Assembly: GCF_001194135.2 (NCBI RefSeq) | Contig: NC_068983.1 | Coordinates: forward strand, 166,029,402 to 166,093,401 | Reading direction: 5' to 3' | DNA from: Octopus bimaculoides | Taxonomy: Eukaryota | Length of the DNA: 64,000 nt | Part shown: positions 1 to 12,480 of the stretch, piece by piece | How positions within the stretch are numbered: the stretch's first letter is position 1 | How the letters are laid out: the number at the start of each line of letters is the position of its first letter | The notes under the pieces: generated by a model | What the model was told of the DNA's origin: nothing | Database searches by the model: none | What the model saw: the letters and a program-made list of their open reading frames with translations, nothing else | Program-made: the position numbers and the translations under genes

Positions 1-661
1 GGGCTGTCCAAGATGCTGGGCAGTGGGACAGAACCTGAACCCACTTGATTGCAAACTGAGTTTCTTAACCACACAGTCATGCCTGCACCCCTTTTTCTTA
101 TACATTGTTTATATATATATATGTATGTATATATGTATGTAAAAGCACCATTCAGGTGTGGTCGATGTCTGTGCCACCCGACTGGCTCCTGTGCCAGTGG
201 CACGTAAAATGCACTCACTACACTCTCAGAATGTTTGGCATTAGGAAGGGCATCCAGCTGTAGAAACTCTGCCAAATTAGATTGGAGCCTGGTGTAGCCT
301 TCGGGTTCCACCAGTCCTCAGTCAAATCGTCCAACCCATGCTAGCATGGAAAGCGGACGTTAAACGACGATGATGATAGTAATAATGGTTTCAAATTTTG
401 ACCCAAGGCTAGTAATTTTGGGGGAAGGGCTAAGTTGATTAAATCAACACCAGTACACAACTGGTACTTATTTAATTGACCCCTAGAAGAATGAAAGGCA
501 AGATTGGTCTGAGTAGAATTTGAACTCAGAATGCAAAGACACCGGAGAAATGCTGTTACAGCTTTTGTCTGCCAGCTGAATGATTCTTCCAGTTTACCAT
601 TGGAGATCTCTTGGCTCATCCATTGATGAAGAGTGTAACTACCGGCATGAACTGATGCAAA

Positions 662-718
662 TGATAACAACAACAATAATGATATTAATAATAATAATAA
701 TAATAATAATAATGATAT

Positions 719-750
<32 letters not shown>

Positions 751-778
751 TTAATAATAATAATAATAATAATAATGA
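662..778. repeat. Imperfect (ATA)n microsatellite
   Basis: Direct reading; explains the poly-Ile ORF at 580-783. Confidence 0.95.
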
Positions 779-1139
779 AATAATGGTAAATGAAATTTCT
801 ACTGAAAGTAAAAAAGAAAATATGTTGAGTTTAGATTATTTTCAGGTAAATTATAATATTCATTGCACAGTTAATTCTTCTGTTGCTATGTTGTTGATGA
901 GAAATGGCTCAGGTAAAAAATTGATTGGTGAGGGTGGGTGGGGGTCTGTAGATGGAGAATAAAAGATCACCTGTAAGTCAAAGAAGATGAAATATCTTAC
1001 AGGAGTTTCAAGGAACAAGAAAATGGTTTTCTTGTCCTTCCCTTGCTTCTTAGAAAGAGAAGTCCAGCTCAGCATGTTAACAAAGAAACACTTGTTAGTT
1101 ATACGGTGGGACTTGTTATAATAGTAAGGACTACATTTA

Positions 1140-1855
1140 CTCCATGGCAGTGCTACAGGGGCTGTGAATTGCCTGTTCGAGACAAGTAAACCCTTTAGGC
1201 ATAGAAGCGCCAACAGCTGAACCAACCCATGATGCACGCAGGGAGATGAAACCATCCTGCATGCAGTCATTCAGTGTCTGTGCATTAGAGAGTTGTGGGC
1301 TTGGTGGCTGCAGCAAAAGAGGTTGTGTGGTGGACTTGTCTGAAAGGTTTGAAGACAGGCACTTTCCTATCTGGCCAAGCCCTCATCAGTTTCTTCAAAT
1401 ATCGTTTGAAGAGTGGGGTGATGGTTGAGAGGGAGGTGCTGCCCTCTAGTGTGTTTATGAAAAAGGTGGATGAGAGTAGCAAGACTGGTGAAAGCGAATG
1501 GACTGACTCTGAGTAAGTTTTTCTAAATAGGAAGAAAGAAACCAGAAGATGGTACTTTCCCATACCTTGGGGATGACCTTGGAGGAATCCAGGACTTTTG
1601 TGTGGGGTTTACCCCGGATTACCCTAAGTGGACTGCCCTGCTATTGAGGATTCTAGTTATTTATTGATTTCTCAAATTTCTGTGTATGTGTGCTTTCTTA
1701 TATCCTTTGATGTGCTAGTATTTCCCATTGATTGATGTAACCCTCACTTGTGGTTTTTGTGTGTTGTAACTTGTCCTTTGATATTGTCCACAATGTATTG
1801 ATCCCTTGTGGCTAATGAAAGAAAGCATCATCATCATTATTATTATTATTATTAT
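1140..1855 (+). mobile_element. Decayed Tx1/L1-type LINE C-terminus (zf-RVT) with 3' UTR and (CAT/ATT)n tail
   Basis: QCYRG...CTQGDETILHAVIQC...LW followed by AKEVVWWT...EREVL. Confidence 0.65.
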
Positions 1856-1902
1856 GTCTTTCAGCTACCTGAACAATTTAGCATGTGTTGTTTTGTACTT
1901 AG

Positions 1903-1952
1903 ACCTCTGTGACTTAGATGCTGCTGAGCTGGAACTCTCAAATATACCAAAA
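1903..1952 (+). CDS. HPS3: HPS3-like exon, (D)LCDLDAAELELSNIPK, phase 1 to 0; upstream exons lie outside the window
   Basis: Acceptor ttttgtacttag and donor gtaagt. Resembles human HPS3 MGDLDMHRNEMKSHSE as recalled. Confidence 0.6.
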
Positions 1953-2399
1953 GTAAGTCCCCAATCATTTATCTACGAATAACTAATTCTTATAATTAAA
2001 CACAATCTCAATACCTGCCCCACCACTTCCACCTGATATATTTGTATCTGTTTCTATTAACTCTGAAAAGGTGAGAAGAGTGAATGTCAGTCTGTGAATT
2101 CTAATCCAGTCTTTTGTTCTGAACTGTGACTTATTGAGGGATCAAATAAGACATAGAATTATCTCCAACACATCACTCATTGCAAAACGATTGACAGCTT
2201 AATATTTACACACACCAGTACCGGAAGTTCTTATCCTCTGTCATCCTTGCTTGTCTCCCGTGAACACTTCTAGGGGCCTAATGCCATCCCCTCCCCTACC
2301 CAGGGTTTTATCGATCTTTCAGCGCATAAAGATGGTGTACTGTATGCAGGTTGTAGGCATTGCTTTGTTTATGAATTCTGCCAAATGCAAGCTTTCTTT

Positions 2400-2630
2400 T
2401 CAGGTACACGACACTGCTTTCCCCCATCCCAGGGTCTCACAGGCCCACACCTCCCACACTGTCAGAATTAGCACTCTCAACGTCGGCACACTGAAAGGTA
2501 GGTCTGGTGAGATTGTTGAGATGCTTGAACGGAGACGCGTAGATTTGTGCTGCATCCAAGAAGTAAGGTGGAGAGGAGGTTCTGCGAGGTTCCTCACAGG
2601 GAAAGAACACAGGTACAAGATTTCCTGGGC
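2400..2630 (+). mobile_element. RTE LINE APE-endonuclease N-terminal fragment
   Basis: VRISTLNVGTLKGRSGEIVEMLERRRVDLCCIQEVRWRG. Confidence 0.85.
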
Positions 2631-3419
2631 AGGGAAAATCTGCATGAAAATTTCAGGCTGGTGACAGTGTGGTCTTCACTGTTCATACTTATTTGTGACA
2701 GCATTCACACGTAATGGGTTGAACCAGCTGAAACCTATGAGTTCACCAGGTCCCTCATGAATGCTGGCCCCTAACATTCCAGTAAGCAAAGTAATGCTTC
2801 TGCCTGTGGCCCAAAAACCCAGCTTGCAAATTTGATAAATGTTTCACTGGAAGAGCAAACACATCGGGTGGTGTGGACACCATAGCTGGAGTAGTTATGC
2901 ATTACGGACATGTAGAAGATGAACTCTACACCTCACTACAGACAACCAACAACCAGATTAAACTGGATTCTAAGAATTTGGCCTATATCAACATGTGATG
3001 CATTGCTGAATGATTAAAAGAGTCTAGATTAAACATAAATATATCAATACAAGACAAAAGTTCGATAAATAAATATTACTAATGCTCTTAATGATTAATA
3101 CAAATTAGAATATAAATAAAAGCAAGAAAAAATAGGAATAATGATTAGACTACTTAACATCTATCAAAAATCACTATACAGACCTACACACACACACACA
3201 CATATATATATATAGTTTTAGGGAAATAACCAATTTTCAAGAACTCATCGATGAAAATCCACTATCACATATAGAAAAATTAATAATTAAAAGCACAATA
3301 AATGAGTATAATATAAAGTAAAGTAAATATCATAAGATAAATATTATATTATATTATATTATATTTATCTTATGATANNNNNNNNNNATATATATATATA
3401 TATATATATATGCATGTGC

Positions 3420-3800
3420 AAGAGAGACGACTGTGCTGGTATGGTCATGTGTTGCATATGGATGAGGACAGCTGTGTGAAAGAAAAAGTGTCACACCCTA
3501 GCAGTAGAGGGAACCTGTGAAAGAGGTAGACCCAGGAAGACCTGGGATGAGGTGATGAAGCACGAGCTTTGAACATTGGGCCTCACCGAGGTAATGAGTA
3601 GTGACCGAGACCTTTGGAAATATACTGTGCGTGAGAAGACCCGACAAGCCAAGAGAGACCATAACCTGTGGCCTATGCCAGTGGTGTATAACCAGTCCAC
3701 TTATGAGTACCCTTCACTCATTGGACAATAAACTTTGCTTGTGAAGACCTGTTGAGGCAAGTGAAATCAAAATCGCTGACATGGCCGATGACAGTACCAC
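3420..3800 (+). mobile_element. RTE LINE C-terminal and 3' UTR fragment
   Basis: RLCWYGHVLHMDEDSC and RGRPRKTWDEVMKH; homologous to 48500-48740. Confidence 0.8.
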
Positions 3801-4005
3801 CTGTGTGTGTGTGTGTGTGTGTCTTTGTGTTTGTCCCTCCCCACCATTTGACAACTGGTGTTGGTGTGTTTACTACCCTGTGACTTAGTGGTTTAGCAAA
3901 AGGGAATGATAGAATAAGTACCAGGCTTTAAAAAAGAAGTGCTGGGGTAGATTTGATTTTTAAAAAATCCTCAAGGTGGTGCCCCAGCATGGCCACAATC
4001 AAGTA

Positions 4006-4842
4006 NNNNNNNNNNNNNNNNNNNNNNNNNNNNNNNNNNNNNNNNNNNNNNNNNNNNNNNNNNNNNNNNNNNNNNNNNNNNNNNNNNNNNNNNNNNNNNN
4101 NNNNNNNNNNNNNNNNNNNNNNNNNNNNNNNNNNNNNNNNNNNNNNNNNNNNNNNNNNNNNNNNNNNNNNNNNNNNNNNNNNNNNNNNNNNNNNNNNNNN
4201 NNNNNNNNNNNNNNNNNNNNNNNNNNNNNNNNNNNNNNNNNNNNNNNNNNNNNNNNNNNNNNNNNNNNNNNNNNNNNNNNNNNNNNNNNNNNNNNNNNNN
4301 NNNNNNNNNNNNNNNNNNNNNNNNNNNNNNNNNNNNNNNNNNNNNNNNNNNNNNNNNNNNNNNNNNNNNNNNNNNNNNNNNNNNNNNNNNNNNNNNNNNN
4401 NNNNNNNNNNNNNNNNNNNNNNNNNNNNNNNNNNNNNNNNNNNNNNNNNNNNNNNNNNNNNNNNNNNNNNNNNNNNNNNNNNNNNNNNNNNNNNNNNNNN
4501 NNNNNNNNNNNNNNNNNNNNNNNNNNNNNNNNNNNNNNNNNNNNNNNNNNNNNNNNNNNNNNNNNNNNNNNNNNNNNNNNNNNNNNNNNNNNNNNNNNNN
4601 NNNNNNNNNNNNNNNNNNNNNNNNNNNNNNNNNNNNNNNNNNNNNNNNNNNNNNNNNNNNNNNNNNNNNNNNNNNNNNNNNNNNNNNNNNNNNNNNNNNN
4701 NNNNNNNNNNNNNNNNNNNNNNNNNNNNNNNNNNNNNNNNNNNNNNNNNNNNNNNNNNNNNNNNNNNNNNNNNNNNNNNNNNNNNNNNNNNNNNNNNNNN
4801 NNNNNNNNNNNNNNNNNNNNNNNNNNNNNNNNNNNNNNNNNN
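4006..4842. other. Assembly gap (others at 3378-3387, 27870-28058, 30882-31213, 32676-32964, 44333-45221, 47515-47554 and 62550-62559)
   Basis: Runs of N, mostly flanked by microsatellites or young repeats. Confidence 1.
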
Positions 4843-5055
4843 ATTTCGAGCGTGGCCGTTTTCGTGCGGGTGACACGTAAAAGCACCCACTACACTCTCT
4901 GAGTGGTTGGCGTTAGGAAGGGCATCCAGCTGTAGAAACTCTGCCAAATCAGACTGGAGCCTGGTGTTGCCATCCGGTTTCACCAGTCCTCAGTCAAATC
5001 GTCCAACCCATGCTAGCATGGAAAGCGGACGTTAAACGATGATGATGATGATGAT
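4843..5055 (+). repeat. Representative of about 20 dispersed copies of the RTE 3' tail ending in (GAT)n
   Basis: Same sequence as the 3' UTR of the RTE copies at 47805-49190 and 26213-27780. Copies on both strands, e.g. 120-375, 6245-6435, 6775-6960, 17651-17900, 19325-19615, 54690-54905. Confidence 0.9.
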
Positions 5056-7388
5056 GCCCTTCCTAATGTCAACCACTTACAGAATGTATTTGGTGATTAT
5101 TTATTTTTTTTTTTTGCTGGCCCCCAGCACTTGTAAGGTCAGCAAGTTGTTTGCAAGACAAGGCTCCCTTGACCAAATGAGGGTGCAGTATTGAGGGTGA
5201 TGGCTTTGTGTCTGGTGTTGAGAGGTTGAAGTATGAAAGAGGGACTAGTATGATTATCTTGCTGTAGAGGAGAAACATGGCTACTCCAGCCAAAAAGGAA
5301 GAAAGGACTGTGAAATTGAGGAGTCATGGTACAATATCTATGGGGTTTTGGTTGCGCACACCATAGGAATCATGGGGCACTGGTCCATGCGGTCCTGCAG
5401 TTTCCCTCTAACTAGGAATATTAGGGTCTCATCCATTGTCTTGTATTCAAGATCCTCTGCATGACATCCTGCTAGTTCAAAGCCAAGAATCTGATCTGTT
5501 AGGTCCCCTGCTCATAACTAAATCCACACCCTACTGCTGATGCTTCGATTTATTGTCATTGAGGTTTACTCCTCTGATGGTTAAGGTTTTGTTTGCCTCC
5601 TGCCCTTTGACCTGTCTGGCCTGGTAAGAAAGACCTGGCTGAAGATTTCTCAAAGTACAAGAAGGTAGATAAAGAGAGAAAGGGGACAGAGAATGAAGGA
5701 TGGCTGGGTGGGTAGGTAGGTTGTGAGTTTGTGAAAGGAGAACAAAGGATGATTCGAGATGAGGATGGATATGAATGCATTGAAGTGAATGGTGAACCTG
5801 GGGGCAGGGATAAGGGTGAATCATACCAAAATAGATGCTTGGTTGGCTGTAGCAGGCTTCCCTAATACCTGCAGCTTTAATGTAAATTCAGATTTCACTT
5901 GACCAGGAGAATAAGTTAGTGTTAAGCCATCTGGCAAGAATTTTAAGCTGAAACTGAGTGTTATATTTCGGAAGAATCATATTTAATAAAATATATAAAA
6001 ACATTCACCGGTTGATGTTTGTCTATATTTCACTTTTTCTTTTTCCAAAGCAGTTGATGTTTTGTCTATGTCCACCAAAGTATTTCAACAACATCAATCT
6101 GTTTTGGAAAAAGAAGTGAAAGAAAGATAAACAACCATCATCATCATCATCATCATCGTTGTTCAACGTCCTCCTTCCAGGCATGCATGGCTAGGATCAG
6201 TGTGTGTGTGTTTATAGGTTTTACAAGAATGACTCTTTCCTTGTGAGAAACTGTCGGAGTGGTTGGCGCTACACTCTCGGAGTGGTTGGCGTTAGGAAGG
6301 GCATCCAGCTGTAGAAACTCTGCCAAATCAGATTGGAGCCTGGTGTCGCCTCCTGGTCCACCAGTCCTCAGTCAAATCGTCCAACCCATGCTAGCATGGA
6401 AAACGGACGTTAAACGACGACGATGATAATGATGATGAAACTGTGATTTGGCATAATATTTCAAGTACTGAGTCAAGAAATAACAACCTTAACTTAAATA
6501 TAATGGGTTTTTGGAATTAACATTTGAAGAAATATTCTACAATGTCCACCAAAAATCATCCATTTGTTTTTACATCCACTTCTATGTTTTCATGTCTGCA
6601 TGGGTTAGATGACTACGTTACTGAGGTGTTGGTTTACACCAGGATGCCTTTCCTGATGCTAACCCTTAATTCTTTAACCACATAACCTTGCCTGCATGCA
6701 CATAAAACACACGCATGCTCTATGGGTACAAATTCTTTCTGATTCATGAAAAATTGGACAACCCCACACTCTCTATCGGTGGCATGTAAAAGCACCCACT
6801 ACACTCTCGGAGTGGTTGGCATTAGGAAGAGCATCCAGCTGTAGAAACATTACCAGATCAGATTGGAGCCCTGGTGCAGCCTTCTGGCTTGCTAGTCCTC
6901 AGTCAAACCGTCCAACCCATACCAGCATGGAAAGTGGTTGTTAAGCGGTTATGATGATGATGTGTGTGTGTGTATGAGAGAGAGACATTAAATAATGATG
7001 CTCACACACTCACCCACATATTTGACCCTCAACACACCTATTTGTGAGATAAGCAGGAATTCCTCCTTGTCCCCTGATTCCATTCAGTTGATCATTTGGA
7101 TGGCCATTCATGCCAATAAATTGGAAAGACCATATCATTTGTTCTTTTATTTGACATCTGTTTTACCATGCTGGCATGGATTGGACAAACAAACGAATAC
7201 ATATACATTCGAGGTATTCATTTCAAGCCTGATGCCCTTCCTCTTGCTAACCCTTTACTGTTTTTCAAGTAAGGGATTCTTTGTTGTTTCCACTTGAAAC
7301 ATACGGAACTAGATTATGATTTGTTGATGGGGAGTGTTAACAAATATCATTGATTTTAGCTCAAAGCTAAATGCACGTATACAGAGGC

Positions 7389-7447
<59 letters not shown>

Positions 7448-7825
7448 TTAACATCACCACTCACAACAATCCTTAATTATGCCAATTGCTGACACATATT
7501 TCATTAATTAAAGTATTTTAGATCAGGAAGGTCCTTTAAAGGCACAAGCTATGAGAGTGACGAGGGTCAGACTTGGTCACATCAGTATTTAGCTTTTTCT
7601 TCTGATATTGGTGAGATTTCAACAATAAAAACAAAAATTTGACTGCTTCTATCAGGCCACAGTCTTTTTATCTGTTTTCTCCAAGTAGTGTAATAGATTT
7701 GATGCAGAATATAACTCTATGCTTGTTGGAAGTTTTGATTTAGGGGCCAAACAAAAGACAATATTTCAAACATTAGATGTGGCAGCATTCTTGGTGTTTG
7801 ACTTAGATTTTTTTGTTTTTTGTAG

Positions 7826-7924
7826 CTGCTGAGAAAGAGTTGTGCAGACATTTTGTTAGAGATTTTGGTCTGTTTCCATGACCAAGGTAATTTACCATAC
7901 ACTGCTTGCTTACAACTTCTTCAA
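7826..7924 (+). CDS. HPS3: HPS3-like exon, LLRKSCADILLEILVCFHDQGNLPYTACLQLLQ, phase 0 to 0
   Basis: Acceptor tttttgttttttgtag and donor gtgagt; 99 nt open frame; phase matches the next exon. Confidence 0.75.
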
Positions 7925-8528
7925 GTGAGTATATATATATATATACATAAATTGTTTCCTTATAATTGTAGATGTATGTATAGCTTATATGTTCAGCAAT
8001 CTTATATAATGATGATGATGATTATAATTACAATGACTATTATAATCATAATCAATATTTTTTTGTTTCCGTGATTTGGTCGGTTCCTGTAATACAACAA
8101 CTTTTCATTTGTTTTGATTGTTTGACATTTCATCTGTAAAATCTTATTTTCCCAAATATTATTTAATTTTAATCAAGTCTTCCTTGGTATACACCTGCTG
8201 CAGGTACCTGTTATCACTGACTTGCTTTGGCATTTTTGAAACTTGTCATTTCTCACCAATTCCACCTCATCACTTTGTACATTCCCATCACTATAGTTAA
8301 TGGTGCTTCATACTGACCGATGTTGTTGTTCTTATTTCTTGTCCTCAACATTATTTACCCAAGTCAAATGTTGTACCCCAGCAGACCAAACATTCTTCGC
8401 TTCTCTCGAATCAAGACGGATCATCTGTATTTACTATTACAGTTTGTCTGTTATACAGGGTGCAACAAACCCTCTCAGATTCACCATTCTTCATATACAT
8501 TTCAACAACAACAACACAGTGCATTATT

Positions 8529-8771
8529 TACATTATTTACATTTGATGGATATTTGTCCTCATCTTGTTTCTTGTTAATACGATTCGGCTGATATACCCT
8601 CCAGCCTTCTTCAGGTGTCTTGGGGAAATTTCGAACCTAGGTTCTCATTCCTAAGGTATTTTTCGATGTTGTTATTATTATTACTATCATTATTAACAAC
8701 AAACAAGATGAGGACAAATATCCGTCGAATGTAAATAATGTACAGAATTCCTCATCTCTTAAATATAGAAC
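8529..8771. mobile_element. Penelope-type pseudo-LTR remnant with a 51-bp inverted repeat and a degenerate hammerhead (- strand, 8579-8619)
   Basis: 8529-8579 pairs with 8692-8742. Minus strand reads GACAC-CUGAAGA-AGGCUG-loop-CAGCC-GAAU-CGUA. Confidence 0.55.
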
Positions 8772-9332
8772 TGAACAACACATCGATTCAAACTATGAAA
8801 GTAACCAAGAAAAAGATAGTAAAACGTTAGCAACATGAAGACACCAGTAACATCTGCCTAACTTCAATAGTTGCATCAATGTCTGTGTAAAATATGGGAG
8901 GTGTTTCTACCGCACTCTCTATCCCTTGAATATTCTCAACCAGCCTCCAACCCTAACAGCTAAGTGCATTATCGCAAGATTCTCTGACAGGAATTGGATT
9001 TCACTCTGACGCCTCCTCAATACATCTTTTACCTTCTTCAGTTAAAAAGATTTAAAATAGGGAATTCTGCAAACACGATTTGCCTGGTGGTCGGACTTGA
9101 CGATAGTGTTTGTTAAATTGTTGATCTGATGAATCCTGTGGGTATTTGCCAAACCCACCTGGCACCTAGTGACACTTCCTAACATCACATGACACCTAGT
9201 AACTGATGTAAACAGTCTTAAGCCTCAACAAAATACAAATTGGTGTTCCTTTATTGTAAAAAAACTGCTGAATGAAGTTTGTTTTCTCTTAAATAAACCT
9301 TTTTCCCCTCTTTGTTTTCTCTGTTTATCCAG

Positions 9333-9393
9333 GGGGATTATGAAATACACCAAAATACACACATAAAAATGTTTTTGGAAATGTTACTTAAAG
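9333..9393 (+). CDS. HPS3: HPS3-like exon, GDYEIHQNTHIKMFLEMLLK, phase 0 to 1
   Basis: Long pyrimidine tract ending ttatccag and donor gtaagc; only one frame is open. Confidence 0.75.
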
Positions 9394-11025
9394 GTAAGCA
9401 TCACATTTGATCTTTAATTTGCTGAAAAGAAACCCCACAATCACCAAGTTTTTATGATTGTTTTGTATGATTGGAGTGGGGTGGATGGGTGGTCATAGGT
9501 AAAGAAATGGTCATTCACCATATAGGAACACATCATCATCATCATCATTATTGATTTGACGTCCACTTTTCCATGCTTGCATGGATCAGATGAAATTTGT
9601 GGAGGCAGTTTTTCTGTGACTGGATGCTCTTCCTGTCACCAAGCCTTACCTGTTTCTCCATGTTCTTTGATCACAAATAGAAATGACCAGACCTGTTTCT
9701 TGGAATGTTGCAAATAATGGTGACACTTGTTTACAACCAGCACTTAATGTCAAGACAATGGTACACACACACACACACACACACACGCACATGTCTGTAT
9801 TGTTTATGAATTGAAGAGATGGAGGTGCTTTTTATAGACAGACAGACAGACAGGTTCTTCTTTCATTTCCCATCTACTAAATTCACTCATAAAGCTTTGG
9901 CCAGCCTAGAGCTATAGTAGAAGACATTTTCAGAAGGGCTGCATGGTGAGGTTGAACCTGAAGCCAAGAGGTTGCAAAGCATACATCTGAACCATGTTGT
10001 TTGGCTGTTCACATGTTTATTTAAAAGAATATTTTCTTAGATTGACAAATATCGTAAACCATTTAAACATGTCAGACATCATTGGCTTAGAAAATGTTAA
10101 GGAATGGCGTCACCATTTAGCAAAACTAGTAAATACAAGGTTTGGCAAAATACCCCTCTCCAATTCTCTGTTCTTTATAAACATTTCAACACCAAACACA
10201 CAGTGTACACTGGTTCAAGCCACGATAGCAACAGAAAGAAATGGTAAAACATTTGCTTCTCGAAAACACCATTCCATTAGCCTAACATCATTAGAATCAC
10301 ATTAATGACTTTGCAAAATAAGGAAGGTTTTTTCTGCCACACCTTGGATTATTTACTACTTGTGAGACATATTAACCTCTTTTTTTGTCCTCTAAGATAA
10401 CTACCCGAGCGTAACTTTTGTTCTTAGATAATTAGCACTAAGATATTGAAAATAACAGGTAAAAATATGTCTACCTTTGTGTTTAATTAGTATTAATTAC
10501 CTTGACATTCTTCCTATCAGTTGCTACTTGCTGAAATAGTTGGTTTATACCTGAAATAAGATACACTTTGTGAAGAGAACTGGTGAGAAAAACTGTTTGT
10601 GCTGTCAGTAATTTTACTTTTGCTCTGAGTTACATCATCACTGCCACCACCACTGCCACCACCACTGCCACCGCCACCGCTGCCGCTACCTCTATACACT
10701 ATAAGTATAGTATACTGGTTTTTGTTGTTTTTTCTTCTTGTTAATTTCCTTCATTGGCACAATGTACCTTCCTAAGAATCTGAGTTGTTCCCAAGAGGGA
10801 AGTCATTTGGCAGCATTCACGTGTCCAACCATTTCAGGTGGTATGATGGCTCATTGAAGAATTGAACCTCATTCTCCAATGATGATAACTGGTGCAATTT
10901 TTATTTTTGCTGCTGGGCAGCTCCTCATCCCTGATATCTCAAATTTTAAATCAGCTTAATTACAGATCTCGTTACTTCCTCATCTACAATATTTACTGTT
11001 ACTACTACTACTACTACTACTACTC

Positions 11026-11185
11026 TTATTACCTCTGCCTTAGCAAAGGTGGAGGTATTGTTTTCAATTGTCTTTGTTTGTTTGTCCATGGACAAGATAT
11101 TTCAAGAACTACTGGATGGATTCGGATGAAACTTTCAGGGATGTTTGGCCTCATGAATGGCATGAACTGATTAGATTTTGGGATC
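11026..11185 (+). mobile_element. 5' part of the same HINE-like element
   Basis: High similarity to 16249-16400; truncated against the CRE-like remnant. Confidence 0.65.
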
Positions 11186-11189
11186 ATCC

Positions 11190-12030
11190 ATATTCTGGGA
11201 GATAGTAGCCCATTGGTGGTCCGATAAGCTAGGGCTGACTCTAGTACCTGGGCCATATTAGGCTTGGCTTTGCCATGAAGTATCTCCACAATGAGGGTAC
11301 AGCTGGAGGAGATCAAGGAAAGATAAACCAACAGTGCCAAGTCCACTGCAGACTGGAAACCAAGACCACCCAATCTGAGAGGCAGATTGACCTGTTGCCA
11401 GGTCAGCATTGTCAAGGCTGACATTGCAGACCAGTTTGGCACAGTGTTGGATGGTGACATGGGATACTGTGTAGTGAAAAAAGGAGCTTAGGCAGGGCTA
11501 AGCAATTCCTCAATAGTAAGAGCACTGGGTGTGCATCAATGAGGCACGATCCCTTGCTCATGTGGAACAAGTCCACAAGTTTGGTCTCCAGACAATCTTA
11601 TTATAGCTTTTGGGAGGATTGGGGAGCCAAAGATGCAGACAGCATCCTTAAGTGTCAGCTGAGCCCCTGCCAAAGCAGATTGAATGCTGAGTATGACATC
11701 TCAAAATTTGGCTTTTCACCATAGATCACATTAATTACCTCCAATGTGGAACAGTTGAGAAGTTTTGGGGATGGAATAACTTGCTGAAGGTCTCTAGCAA
11801 AAGACAAAGCTGGGTCACCCAGGGTTGTGTCATCCAGGTACCAGACATTGAGGGGTAAGCAGACTGATTGGGCAACATCATTGACATCCAGCACAAAAAG
11901 CAGTCGACCAAGAGGGTCCATTTCACTGTCATACTCAGTAATTGGGTGGTTGCTATGGAGACTAGGTGTAGATGAATGGTATGTGGAAGAGTAGAACATA
12001 CCATTCCAGCCATTAATGGAATACAGTTGG
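11190..12030 (-). mobile_element. Decayed CRE-clade-like non-LTR retrotransposon (RT and downstream region)
   Basis: DPLGRLLF...LNVWYLDDTTLG and WQQVNLPLRLGGLGFQSAVDLA. Confidence 0.65.
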
Positions 12031-12304
12031 CAAAATGAGAATCAGTAATGATGCTTGTGAGAGATTATGGCAGGCTGGGATTCATCAGGGCTCAATTCTG
12101 AAACCCTCCCCTTCAGCCGTCCAGGTCATTACAAGGGAGTTTAAGACTGGCTGTGGATGGGACAACTTCCTCTGTGATGGTCACCCCCTAACCCTGTCGT
12201 TTGAGTTGATCTATGGGAGATTGAGAAAAGAAATTCCAGACTTGAAACAAAATCTAGAATTGAAATAAACTTCGGTCAGTAATTATTAACTTCTTATTAT
12301 TAAG

Positions 12305-12480
12305 AAGGTTGAGCTAGCAGAATCGTTAGCACTTGTCTGAATCCTTACACTCTGAGTTCAAATCCTGCTGAAGTTGACTTGGCTTTTTATTCTTTTGGGG
12401 TCAACAAAATGAGCTGTGCACCAAATTTCAGGTCTTGTGCCTATAGCAGAAAGGAGGATGATGATGATGATCATCATCAT
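12305..12480 (+). mobile_element. tRNA-derived SINE with a Nin/Deu-like domain (other copies at 380-600 on -, 13185-13395, 28320-28545 on -, and four at 36130-37060)
   Basis: GGCAGAATCGTTAGC...CTGAGTTCAAAT...GCCTTTCATCCTTTxGGGGTCxATAAAATAAGTACC consensus is shared among the copies. Confidence 0.6.

Noticed and set aside
3928-4983. Long ORFs of 295-365 aa here and at 44219-45316 and 32547-33098
   Set aside because: They are almost entirely X residues from N gaps plus microsatellite translation.
5150-5830. Purine-rich repeat-like sequence here and at 52360-52630
   Set aside because: It is probably retroelement 5' or UTR debris, but no diagnostic motif was recognised.
7887-7892. Earlier donor AAG|GTAATT in the 7826 exon
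   Set aside because: It gives phase 1, incompatible with the next exon. The GTGAGT at 7925 fits.
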